Assembly: GCA_030324005.1 (NCBI GenBank)
Contig: JARDVH010000025.1
Coordinates: 72,955,791 to 73,019,790 of the forward strand
Reading direction: 5' to 3'
DNA length: 64,000 nucleotides
From: Negaprion brevirostris
Lineage: Eukaryota
Positions 38,716 to 50,879 of the stretch are shown here, one piece after another; within the stretch, counting starts at the first letter, position 1, and every line of letters begins with the position of its first letter. The notes beneath the pieces were generated by a model. That model was not told where the DNA came from. It saw only the letters and a list, made by a program, of their open reading frames with translations, and made no database searches. Made by a program: the position numbers and the translations under genes.

Positions 38716-39285
38716 TATTTACTTCAGCATCACGGGGGGGAAGTCACGATTTCAATGCAAATGGAACAATGGAAAGAAATGTCAATTTTGCAACAGCAGG
38801 AGACAGTAGCCTATTTGGATACTGAAAAATCCTATAACCAAAACAACAGTTTTTGATTGCTGTTTATCTTGGTAGAGGGATACTATTCAACCAGAATACC
38901 TACTCGTCGAATAGTGCCACATTTTTTATTTGTGCCCAGCTAAAGATGTAAATAGGGCCATGGATTAATGTTTCACCTAAAATACAAAAAGCCAGTGCAG
39001 CAGTCTACATTACATGCTCAGATCTCTGCAGAAAGTCATGACACTGCCTTCTAATTTAGAAGTAGATGTTGCCACAGAACCAAAGCTAACAAGAGGGGCA
39101 AAAAGGAATACAAAAGTAGATGACTTGGGACTACTTTATTAGGTTGTGGAGGTTTGACTATAGCCTCAAGAGGTCTTGCAACTGTTCCTTTTATCAATGA
39201 ATGGCTGATACAAAAGACACCACAGAACAATTATTGGTATTTTAAAACATAAGCAAAGGGAAGTTTCCCAAGCAACTTGGTTTAC

Positions 39286-39375
39286 CTGTTCCCCTTTTGA
39301 TTTCGGCACCACTCGCTTGTCTTCCATGTCACACTTGTTGCCTAGCAACATTCGCTCTACATCTTCATTTGCATG
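39286..39375 (-). CDS. RAB10: RAB10 coding exon 4 (90 bp): [30 protein letters not shown]
   Basis: tttcag|CATGCA...GAACAG|gtaaac. G4 NKCD motif; visible in ORF 39166..39399. Confidence 0.98.
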
Positions 39376-39654
39376 CTGAAATGTAGATATGATTGTCACA
39401 ATATCAGCACGTATCTAATTGAAGTCCGATCCAGCATATACCAATATCATAACACATTGTCTATGAATACTGTGAAAAAGCGAATGAGACAAATCATTCA
39501 AAAACAATCTAGTAAATTCATCTGTGACCACCAATAAACTGCCCATATTATTTTTACACCTCCAACTCAAATTGGAGCAAAACCACCAAAACATAGTAGA
39601 ATCGCTGCAACAGTATTTAAGCTATTTTTTTCTCAAACATGAGACTCCCTCGCT

Positions 39655-39890
39655 TTTAGGACAGCTGGGGAGAATTTCTTTGAGGCTGTGTGCCTCAGAA
39701 GGTGGTGGAGACATGGTCATTATTTTTTTAAGGGAGAGGTGGATCGATTCTTGTTGGACAAGGGAATCAAAAGTTCTCAGAAGTTGATGGTAATGTAGAA
39801 CTTGAAACAAACATATCAACCATGATCTTATTGAGTGGCAGAGCAGGCTTCAGGGGCTAAACAGCCTAATTCTGCTCTTACTTTGTTATG
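39655..39890 (+). mobile_element. CR1 3' end
   Basis: GGAGAATTTCTTTGAGG...TTTTTAAGGGAGAGGTGGATCGATTCTTG...GAGCAGGCTTCAGGGGCTAAACAGCCTAATTCTGCTC. Confidence 0.75.
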
Positions 39891-40944
39891 TACTTTAAAA
39901 AGGTTTTCTAAAGACTGCTGTCAAGAAGTTATTCAAATTGTTCTTCAGTGATAAATGTACGGGAAAGAGTTCAAGACGTTACAGGCAAAATCCCAAAATC
40001 GTTCAAAACATCGGGATGCTGAAATAGAGGAATCGCAGGAAAGAGAATGAAGATCAGGTTCTCTCAATTGAATTAGGAGTCAATTTTTGTTTTACAATTG
40101 GAATTAATTTCCAATCTTTTAAGGGCATAGTGATTCTAACAGGAAAAATGTGATTATCTGCCAACTCAACCTTCTATGTGGGATGCACTATAATCACATG
40201 GGTTCAGATTAGTTTTTACAACGCTTTTTTAAACCAAAATCAAACAGCAACCTCATTCTCCTTTTGGCATCAAATCAAAGCAACTGGTTCATTATCATCA
40301 TGATGCTCAAGACTGACATTGTTTACAAATCCTGCACTTTTTGGGGAGAGCAAAATATCATTTGGAAATGACAAGGAACGTGATTTGTTGCAGGTCATTG
40401 AATATCCAAGGCAAAAAGATACTTCACAAAATATGCAATGGGAAAAAACAAATATTTTCCAAAGCAACAGAAATCAACCTGAAATTCAGACCCAAGTTGG
40501 TAAACTGAGCTTCAAAAGGCATCAATCAAACAGACTGGTGCATTTTTAAAAATATAGATCCAGCAATTATTGTCCATCCCTAATAGCCCTTGAATTGAGT
40601 GGCTTATTAGGCCATTTAAGAGTTAATCACATTGCTGTGGATCTGAAGTTACATGTAGACAAGGTAAGGATACTAGAAGGAGCAGTTTCATACCTGGTCA
40701 ATGAGTTTTTAAGTTAACCATCCCAATAGACTAAGTGTCAATAGGACTCTGCACTACATACTTAAAAACAATTCAGGAATTCATCTGGCTACTCATCCTT
40801 GGTAAGCTTGTGTGCAGAAACAGCTGAAGTAGTTCTACTTGGTTACTCAGAGAGCATAACATCAACAACATTAGCTAACAGTGGCATACAACAAGTTCCA
40901 AGTGACCAAGAACAGATATCAAATAGCAAAAGAACTCAAGATAT

Positions 40945-41480
40945 TGGAGCATGAGAAAACCACAACAGTCAATTGAGCCTGCTCTACTACTCAATACAAT
41001 CATAGCTGACCTTGGTTTTCAATTCTGTTGAACTTGCTCACTCTCCATATTCTTAATTCCCTGGGACAAATATCTTTCTATCTAGCCTTAACGAATTCAT
41101 TGACGGAGCATATGCAAACCTGAGATACAGAACTCCAAAGATTCACAACAATTTGAGTGAAGAAATTTCTCATTTCAATGCCAAATTATTTCCCCCTTAT
41201 CCCAGTACTGTGCCTTCATGCTTTAGACATCCCAACCAACAGAAAAATCTCAATCTCTGTGTCTACCTATCAATCCCTTTCATGTTTTTGTAGGCTTCAA
41301 TGAGATCGCCCCTCCTTCTTCTAAATTCCAGAAAACAAAAGCTCAATTTATTCATCTCCTCATCACAGGGCAACACTCTCTTCCCAGGGACTGATTTAGT
41401 GAATCGATGCTTCACTGCCTCCAATGCAAGTACATCTTTAAATATGGAGATAAAAAATACACAAAGTACTCCAGGTGGGA
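40945..41480 (-). mobile_element. CR1 3' portion
   Basis: ORF 41263..41538 KDVLALEAVKHRFTKSVPG...LEFRRRRGDLIEAYKNMKGIDR. Confidence 0.85.
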
Positions 41481-42369
41481 GAATGAGCTCTATCAGCTCA
41501 GAGAATTGCCCACTCCAAGTGTTAGACTTGGGGTACAAAATATTGTTACCCTACCCTAGGTGTAGAATTGTAAACATAGCCAGAACAAAGGATAATTACT
41601 AACTATTAAGTCTTTATTACAAATATCACAAAGTGGTTAAGAAATGTCCAGTGCAGAATCACGCAAACTGCTTTATCAAATTACCAAGTTTGTTCTCAAG
41701 TCAACAACCTTTACACTGAACATGGTTAGCCACCATAAACACATGCCTGATCAGTTAGAATAATTGTTTCAGCAATTTGGATTTACATAGTGCTTGAAAC
41801 GCCAAGGCAGTTGCAACATGTGGCTCATTTAATCCACTGCAGTTCTTAAAATAGATGTATATTATATATCACATTTTCTGCTGTTTCCTTAAAGTGCATC
41901 CTGAAGGTTTAATTTTCACTCAATAGTGTCAACCTTCCAAACTATAACTTCTAATTCCCAGTACCAATATAGGGGAAGTTTCCAAGCTCTACTATCCTTC
42001 TGATCAAGTGGTGTTGATAACAGTACATTAAATGGTAGGTGTTACTTAACCGACAAACCACTTAACTGTTTTTAGACCATCACTTTGCTGTTTTAGTTCA
42101 ATGTGACTGTTTTTAACAAAAGGAAGCTTTCTTCATATTTTGAAGCTAATACTACATTTATATTACTTTAGGAGATTTCATATTGGTTTAAGGTTCTATA
42201 TGGACAGCATCAGTGCAGCAGTTTTGTAAACATAAGAACGTGATCAGTGAATTAGGAGTAACGCTTACGAAGTACTATAACGCAACTGAGTTTCATATAA
42301 GACCACCTGACCCAACGAAAGACCTACTCAGGCAATACATTTGTAGTCAATTTGTTACAAGATTCTCAC

Positions 42370-42508
42370 CTCGTCGATATTCCTCAGCCATTTGCTGATG
42401 TTTTCAAAGCTTTTGGCATTTGTGATGTCATAGACTAGCATGATTCCCATTGCTCCCCTGTAATAGGAAGTGGTGATGGTGTGAAATCGTTCCTGTCCTG
42501 CTGTATCC
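42370..42508 (-). CDS. RAB10: RAB10 coding exon 3 (139 bp): (W)[46 protein letters not shown]
   Basis: ttgaag|GGATACAGCAGGACAGGAA...GACGAG|gtgaga. Contains the G3 DTAGQE motif and the RAB10-type switch [13 protein letters not shown], including the Thr73 LRRK2 site. Confidence 0.98.
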
Positions 42509-45378
42509 CTTCAAAACAAGCCAAAAGCACATTGTTTAAAAAATCATTTGCACACTTTTACTCCAAGGAGACAGCACAACTAACTGCAGAAAACTCAAAA
42601 CAGCACATTAACATGGCAAGATTGAAGGATTTTAACATTTCAAATAAATAACTTTTCCTGTACTTTAGTCACATGGTTGTCAAGAAATTCTATGCTAAAA
42701 TTCTGTAAATAATCATTACGCAGCCAAAGTAAACCTCCACCCGCTTGCCAGGAAAGGGGGAAAAATTGTTCTAGTGTACACAAGGAAAAAAAATGGACAG
42801 CAATGCTGATCCAAAATGCAACAGATTGAATAATAAAAAAAAGGACCCTAATGGCACCCGTGTCTGGCTGGAAGCTGTAATGCTGCATTTTGTTGAAAAG
42901 CATGGAGGAAATGGTTATTAATAAAAATGCAGCTGGAATAGACAGTGATGGTATTGTGGGCCATCAAGAGTCCGGCTTGATCATATGATTTACGTATGTA
43001 TGTGATTCTGAGATTCATCAAGGGCACTTGGTACTCTTCAAAAGAACTAGCTGAGTTTTTCCATTTCCAAGCTTGGAGATACTGGATGTGGAAACATTTG
43101 CATGCTTCCTAGTTAACATATCGTGAAGTGAAATGGACTATTCTAGGAATAACCCAAACTAGCTCTCAATTATCTAATGGACCAGAAAGAAATACTCCAA
43201 TGGTGCACACAAACTTATCAGTTTATACCTGCAGGAAATCAAGCTTTAATTTCCTCCCAACAATAAATGTCACCTGGTCCTTAGAAGCTCTGATGCAAGA
43301 TTAAAAACAGGACCAATATGGAGAGAGAGATCACGAATGAAGGCCCTTGTACTTCACTCTCCCACAGACAACTATTCCCTACCCAATCCAACAACCTCAA
43401 TGAAGTGCATATTTTATCACCTTTGACTTACCTAGGACACCTTTGTGCTTTCCCCAGTGCCAAATCTTCTTTATATCAATCCTATATGTGCCTTTTTTAC
43501 TGCATTACATTGTGATCCTTTGTCTTGCACATTTGCTTTAATATAAATGCTTCAGATTTTTCTATTCTAAGCCACTTATATCACAGGTCTCAAACATCAT
43601 CTTCACCTTTCAGAGCTGCAGTCCACTTTAAACATTCCTCTTAACAGCAAATCTGGTGCCTCTTCTCTGCACATCTTCCAAGACTCTGATGCTTCCTTTG
43701 TATCATAACCGCCAAAAATGTACATCAAGATGTAGCTGACTAGAACACTTGAATTTGGCCTCAAATTCATCGCGATTTGGTAACATGTCTCTATTCTATT
43801 CACTGTTAAACTGCAGCTTCACAACAACTGGGCAGCAACTTCATTATACCATTTACAGAATAAATTGCGCCAGGCATTTGAAATAGCAACTGGTTGTGAG
43901 CAATTATATTTGGAATATGATTGAAAGCATAAAAAGCAATAGATTTTAAGGAGGCATTGAGAGAGGGTTAGCAAGACAATGTTGGGTTCAGGGAAACAAT
44001 TTTGGTTAAAGATGTTTGAAGGTTTTGTCACTGAAGGAAAAGGCAAAGAAATGAGTCTGAAAATGAAACACTCAATCACTACCAAATCAACTATGGCATG
44101 CAAATCGTCCAACAACTTTGACATTTTAGAAAAATTTATGGGAGAAATCTGCCTACAAAAAGGAAAGCCTGCAAGCATTTTGATATTTACATCAGTATGC
44201 AAGGAAGCCACAAAGTCCATCTTTTCAGGAAATTACGGCACTTTTGAGTGTTCTGCTTTTACTGAAGGGAAATTGGATTAATTTGATCTGCAAAAAAATC
44301 TACATGGATGAATCTACATGCTGAACTATTGACAATTGCCCTTCTAATCAATACAAAAAACTATTAGCAGATTATTAAATTGTGTTGAGAACTGAGTTTT
44401 TTTTCACAAAATGCCAACTTTGAGGGTGTATTTACAGTAGTTTCAAATTTAGACTGGCATTTCTGATATTAAAGCAGGTGGTTTGTGGTAACCCATTATC
44501 CACATTTTCTATTTTTGGCCTGTGTACTTTTTGTCATTGTTATGCAATTTAGTTTTCACACACAAATGCAGAGTAAACAAAACAGATGTACAAATTCATG
44601 AAAGGAAAGGTGATGGTCCGCTAACAGAATACCCAAGTTCTTTGGAAATTCGGTGACTGCTGTCCAGAAGAATTGAGCAAATAAGAAAGAGAAAAAGCAG
44701 AACGTTATCAGCCAGGAATTTAAATAAACTAATAAGGAAATGTTACACATAAACTGAATATCAGTAAGAAATCCCAAGGAAGGTAGTTAAAATTTTGATT
44801 TGTTTATACTCAGGTAAAACGCAGACCAGATTGGCCAGATGGAGAACAGCATGGAAAATAGCAATGGCAACTATTTAGTAGCCATGCTTAGTAACCAAAA
44901 GGATAATACTTCACAAGGTGACATTTAGTGGGAAAATGTACCAAAGTAACCTTACAGAGCTTCAGGTTTTCTAGTGGCTCCCCCCAACAAAGGGAGGAGT
45001 GAGAATGATAATGCATTTAAGACAAAGCAAGATAAAGTGCATAAGGGAGAAAGGAAGAGAAGTATACACTGGTCGAGTTAGAAGAAACTTCCATGGAACA
45101 CAAACACAAGCGCAGAAGTAGACCAAACAGCCTGTTTTTGTGTTATAAAATTTTCCGTAACGTGGATTGCTAATAATTTAATTCAGCACTGTTGTAATAG
45201 ATCTTACTCAATTTGACACCTTATACTTGGGAAGTCAAACTGAAACAGATTCACAAGACCAACTCAAATCTAAACTTGTACAACAACCACTTAAAAGTGT
45301 TCTTTATCATTATCGACGTACCATTGGAGCCACAAAATTACTTTTATCAAGAAATGCAGTTAAAGATTCATTACTTAC

Positions 45379-45439
45379 CATATCTGTAATTTGATCTTCT
45401 TCCCCTGTAGTTCCACTGTTTTGATTTTAAAATCAATTC
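45379..45439 (-). CDS. RAB10: RAB10 coding exon 2 (61 bp): (G)[19 protein letters not shown](W)
   Basis: Reverse complement reads ttacag|GAATTGATTTTAAAATCAAAACAGTG...CAGATATG|gtaagt. Translation matches RAB10 as I recall it; phase 1 in, phase 2 out, joining in frame to the next exon. Confidence 0.97.
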
Positions 45440-47626
45440 CTGTAATTGAGAAAGCCACAATTTTGAAATGCANNNNNNNNNNNNNNNNNNNNNNNNNNNN
45501 NNNNNNNNNNNNNNNNNNAAACACAAACTCAATCACACTGGTTTAAGATTTCCTCGTTTCCTGAACAATGGCCAAGTTTAGAAACATTTCAGTGATCTTA
45601 AATAGTTCAAAATGGCTGCCAATTATAAGTGATCAAACTTGATAAAAGATTTTCTTTTCATGCTGATTCACCATTAAAAGACAATAGAAATTAACCAGTC
45701 TTCTACTTTGATCTTCTGAAAAGACTATCTGCAGATGGCAAATGCCTAAAAAAATTTTATGTTCACATAAAAAACTGTACATTAATTTAGAACAAAAAAC
45801 CCGTAGACATTATTTCCAAGATATCAAAGCTTCCAAAGGAACACACTGATAGAAAGACTATGTATAATTTAAATGAACTGCAGTTTTAGGTTTTGCTCTG
45901 TGTCATTTGTGTTTGGCATTCTGATTGTACTATATTTCAGGAAGGAGAATGCTTAGGAGTTCAGCAAAATTCTGATTACAGATTGTGCAGCACATTTTGA
46001 ATCTGGGGAGCAAATTCATGAAATTAGTAAATGACTGGAACACAATGTGCATCTCTCAGCCAAGATCCAATCCTCCACAAGTGCTCTCCCACAGCATGTG
46101 GCGTAATAATTAACCAACTGGAAGGTCAAAACGAAAGGTTCTCAGATCATAAATAAATTCAGGATATCATTTTCCACAGGCTTGGAAAATCTCTTCCATT
46201 TTCAAAGTATTAGCTCTTTTTGCTAGTGCAGGTTTCTCAGACGTGTGCAGACTTTGCTATGTAGTGTCACAATAGAAAACTGAGAGAGATCAACTGATAA
46301 TTTCAACAGCTAACCAAAATCATTCTGAAACGTTGAAAAGGGGTTTTTAAAAAAGACTCAGATATTGACTTAAGATGGCCGCTACTGGTCACCTGATGCC
46401 TGGAATAGAAAGTTTGCCTTTGACAGAAAATTACCACTGACTTGCTCATGAAATTCCGCACCTGGGGTGTCATGATCCACTTCAGAAAATGACTGTTGAA
46501 AGGAACGGACACGTCATTTGCAGTGTGAGCTTCTCTCTCCAGCAGGGAGTCCACCAAGACAATAGGGAACCATTAGCTCACCAGGATATACAACCAACGG
46601 ACTCAAACTCCCATGGAGAAAGAACCCCATTCCCTTTTGGTTTCTACTACTTTAAAATGTGTCAAAAGATGAAACATCAAAATGTGATTTCTAGTTCCGG
46701 ACCAATGACTATAGCAAACATGATAATCAAATTCCTTTGGAATATACAGCAAGGATAAAAACTGGGTTTGCCAAACTGAGGTTGAAAAATCTAGAGAAGC
46801 TGTTAATTGAGCAGTGAAGACTAAGGACTCTCTTTCCCAAGCAAAGCTCCATCTATTAACAGACTAAAAATAATTCAGGAGATGTATTTGTTGTGTAAAG
46901 ATCAGTAAAAACTCATCAATTTCTGGCAAAGACAGCTTATGGAAAAGGAAATTGTCTTCAGCAAGTGCAACTACATGGACTTCAATTCAACTCTTGGGAT
47001 TTTAAAGGAACCAGCTAACAAACAGCTGCAACAATTAATAATCTATGGCTCAAAGGTAAGCAATGGACTTCTAATCGTATATTCTAACTTTCATTTGGAC
47101 TCCGAACATTCCTTAGCTCTTGATACTGTGCGTGCATCTTTTATTGGCCCGTAGCTCCTCAGAATGGCAATCAGCAGTGGATTACCACTCCATAGTGACT
47201 TACATGTGTTAAATTCCTAAGTGTTGCCCAACCTTCCTGGCTTGAGTTAGATGAGACAGAAGTGAAACATGTCCCTTGCTCCAGCTCGGAAGTGCTAAGG
47301 ACTGGAGCAGAGATTATGCTTCATTTTTTTATAGCATTAGCTGTCTTAAAACAGACAGATTAAAGGTCCCTTTGAAATGGAGAAGGTAACTTTCTATGGT
47401 GGTTGAATGGGTTTGGGGAGGGGGAGGGGGCGATCCTGTGCGAATGGAGGTTTAACATGCAGGGCTCAGTCCAGGTATTAAGTACTTAGAAGTGCCCCCC
47501 CAACTCTTTGAGTAGCTAGGAGTGCAGAACTGGCAGAACTATGCAAAGTTAGCAATTTAAATCGCTTTGTCAGATAGATTCCAACCTAGCACAATTGTCC
47601 AGGAGGAGTTAGCCCATTTGAGAAAT

Positions 47627-48008
47627 GGGCAGCATGGTAACACAGTGGTTTGCAATGCTGCCAGGGACCTGGGGTCGATTCCTGGCTTGGGTCACTGTCT
47701 ATGTGGAGTCTCCCCACATCTACTTGTGCTTCCTCTAGGTGCTCCAATTTCTTTTCAAGTTGAGAATAAATTGCACAGAGGAAAATACGGTGTATGGATT
47801 TAAATCAAGGATGATACTTTCACTTGAACAAATTAGTAGACAATGAAGGACTCTAAAGATGTGCATGTTAGGTGGATTGGCCATGCTAACTTGCTCCTTA
47901 GCATCAGGAGAATTAGCAGGGTAAATACATGGGGTTACAGGGATAGGGCCTGGAGGGATTATTGTCGATGGGCGAAATGGCATCCCCCTACCCTGTAGTG
48001 ATTCTGAT
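47627..48008 (+). mobile_element. HE1-like SINE interrupted by about 100 bp of unrelated sequence; a partial alternative-tail copy follows at about 48350-48560
   Basis: Head and V-domain run to about 47751 and resume at TAAAGATGTGCATGTTAGGTGGATTGGCCATGCTAA (about 47854). Confidence 0.8.
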
Positions 48009-50879
48009 AGTTGACTGGCCAACAGTTGGTGAAAATCAAGTCAACAAACAGAAGATCCATCTCATGCATGAATACAATGTTGGAAATTACTTTTTGCAGC
48101 AAGCAAAAGTATTAGTCATACAGGTAGTGCAGTTTTTGCAGCGTTCAAATCTTCTGTCAGATATTATAGGGCAACCAACAGTGAAATCTAAGTGACAAGG
48201 ACTATTAAGCCTGACTGGAACACATGCAGTATAAAACTAAAAATTCATGCTTTGGCTAGGTAAAGTTTTGTCTCTGTAGCCATCCAGGTGCCAGAGACTC
48301 ATGACTATACTCATCTTTTGAACACTTTCTCTGAAGTTATGTAGTCTTCCCGTTCTCCCCATGTCTGATTGTGTTTTCTCCGTATGCTCAGGTTTCCTCC
48401 CACAAGTCCGAAAGACATGCTGGTTAAGTGCATTGGCCATGCTAAATTCTCCCTCAATGGACCTGAACAAGCGCTAGAATGTGGCGACTAGGAGATTTTC
48501 AATGATTTCCTTGCAGTGTTAATGTAAGCCTACTTGTGGACATTAACAAATAAACCTTTAAACTTCCTTTCACCTCCCCTCCCCCTACCCAAAGGGTACC
48601 ACAATGAACTACGAGCAGATTAAAAAAAAATTAAAAAGATAGATTTAATCTGAGTTTTGTAGAGTGCTTGAAGATGCTTGTTTAAACTTGTCAATTAAAG
48701 CTAGTGTGGTCATTTGGATACGGTGGCAGGCATGTGGGGGGCTGCATGATGGGCACAAGGGGAAAAAAAGAAATAAAACAAGAGCAGCACAATGATGATG
48801 ATCAAATTAACTCCATCTATACGCATTTAAAAAGGATGAGTTCGAGAAAATGATATTTGATTTCAAGTTAGGCTACACTCCCACATTTGAACAATAAATG
48901 CTGCATTTAATGTCCAATCTCAAGACCAGTAGAAAATTACACAATTACAAATCTTGGTACAAGAGCATATTCCATAAATCACCTCCAGTCATTTGCTTTT
49001 TCAAGCCAAGAAACCAATGAGTTTTAGAGACCGCAAGTGGAAAAAATTACAAGAACAAAGCTGATAGCAATCTTCAATTGAGAAAACAATTCAATTACTA
49101 CTTGACAAGGAAGCACAAGAAGCTTCTTTATATTACAGGGCTACAACTACAGTTTATGATTTTTAGCTGTAAAGTACAATGGACTTTACAACAAATATAA
49201 AACCAAAATTTAAACAAGTCCATGCACTAATATGTTTCAGGCATTTCTTGAAAATGATTCAAAATCTGTGGGCCTAAGGTACTTATTTCAGAGTGAAATT
49301 TGCAAAAATCTGAGGAGCACACGTAATGGCATCCAGGTACTTCACCTGCATAGCAGCAACTACCGTAATGCACACATTTTCTCTTTCAGCTTTTTGGGTA
49401 CCAATCTTCAAATAAAACATTAGAGTATGAGTAATTTTATAACCAATAGAGAAGAATTGAGGCAAATCCAAGATCAACAATATAACAACTGGATCTGACT
49501 CATCTATCTAGACATACTCAACAAATGGAAATTTAAACAAATTTTACATGAGACAATATCTTTTGTGGAATCCCACCAGTGCTTAAGGAGGCTATCCAGC
49601 CCAAGTCTGCACTGACTCACTTAAAGAGCATGTTACCCAGACCCACACCCCACCCTATCCCTGTAACCTTCTGAATGCAAAGCAGGAAAACAATACTATC
49701 CAATTACTTCAGCATTGATACAAATATTAATTTAGCTAATCCCAGAAATCAATCTGACACATTTACAGCAGTGGCAGATTTGTATAATGCCAGATGAATC
49801 CAGTTCAATTCACACTAAAAAAAGTGCAAAAACACAGAACTGAAGTAAAGGCATTATAGTTACACTTTTTAACTGAGTGATAATGTTAATTCTGAACCAC
49901 AGTTCCTTCCCTATTTACATATACTAAAGAACAAATAGACTTTTCTATCTTATCACATTTTTGGGATGTCCCAGAAGTCAACAAAACTCTTCTGAAGTGC
50001 AAACTCAGCTAAGGTCAGGAGCAACATTAGAATACAAAATTGTTTAATTGTTTTGATCACACTGGCTGCAGAATTTGTTGGCTGAATCACTAAGAGAACT
50101 CCGAGTTCTTCCGAGAGATTGCGGGTTCCTTAACATTGGCCAAAACTAACAGGGTCCTGGGTGAAAAATCAAATCCAGAAAAGGGCATCATATTAATACA
50201 ACACTCCTTTCAGCATCACACTGAAAAACCAATCTAGACTGCAGACAAGTCGCTTAAAATTCAGGTGATGCTAGAAAGCTGTCTTCCAACTCTGAAAATA
50301 AACTAATTTTAGTAAAAGAAATGCTCACCAATTGCAAGTTAGCTACATTTAATGGAAACTCACCACCTTTGTTACTATGTGCCATACACTGACCAATCTC
50401 AAGCGTCTCCACTCCGTTACTAGCAGCTTCAGGACATGCTGAACGTACTTAAAATTACACTGGCATGAATGCAAGCTGCCACATGGGGTTATCATAATGC
50501 TAACAAAGACCTAACAAAAACAATCATAAAAGAGGGAGCTTGCCAAGTTCTGGTCACAAAACATTCTGGAAGGGCCAACAAGGAAAGGTGTGGGGAGTTA
50601 GCAGTATTGATCAAAGATTTTGTTATGGCCGTGGAAAGAAATAATTTGGTTTAAGTTAGAAGCAGAACACCTTGGTCATATTCTATATCCACCAGTGAAA
50701 CAAGAATGTGGGGACCAGTCGGAGGAACAAAGCTACAAGTGTCAGACAGACGTGCAACAGTGCTAAATGCCAGACTCCCTTTATCCTAATATAGCCTGGA
50801 AAAAAGGCCAAGGGAGGAATCAATTCCTGGAAAAGTTCAAATTTTCTTGATCAATATTTTCTACACAAATGAGAAAGGA

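Noticed and set aside
43819-44281. Overlapping 133-aa and 100-aa ORFs in RAB10 intron 2
   Set aside because: No recognisable homology; lengths are compatible with chance or an unidentifiable fossil element.
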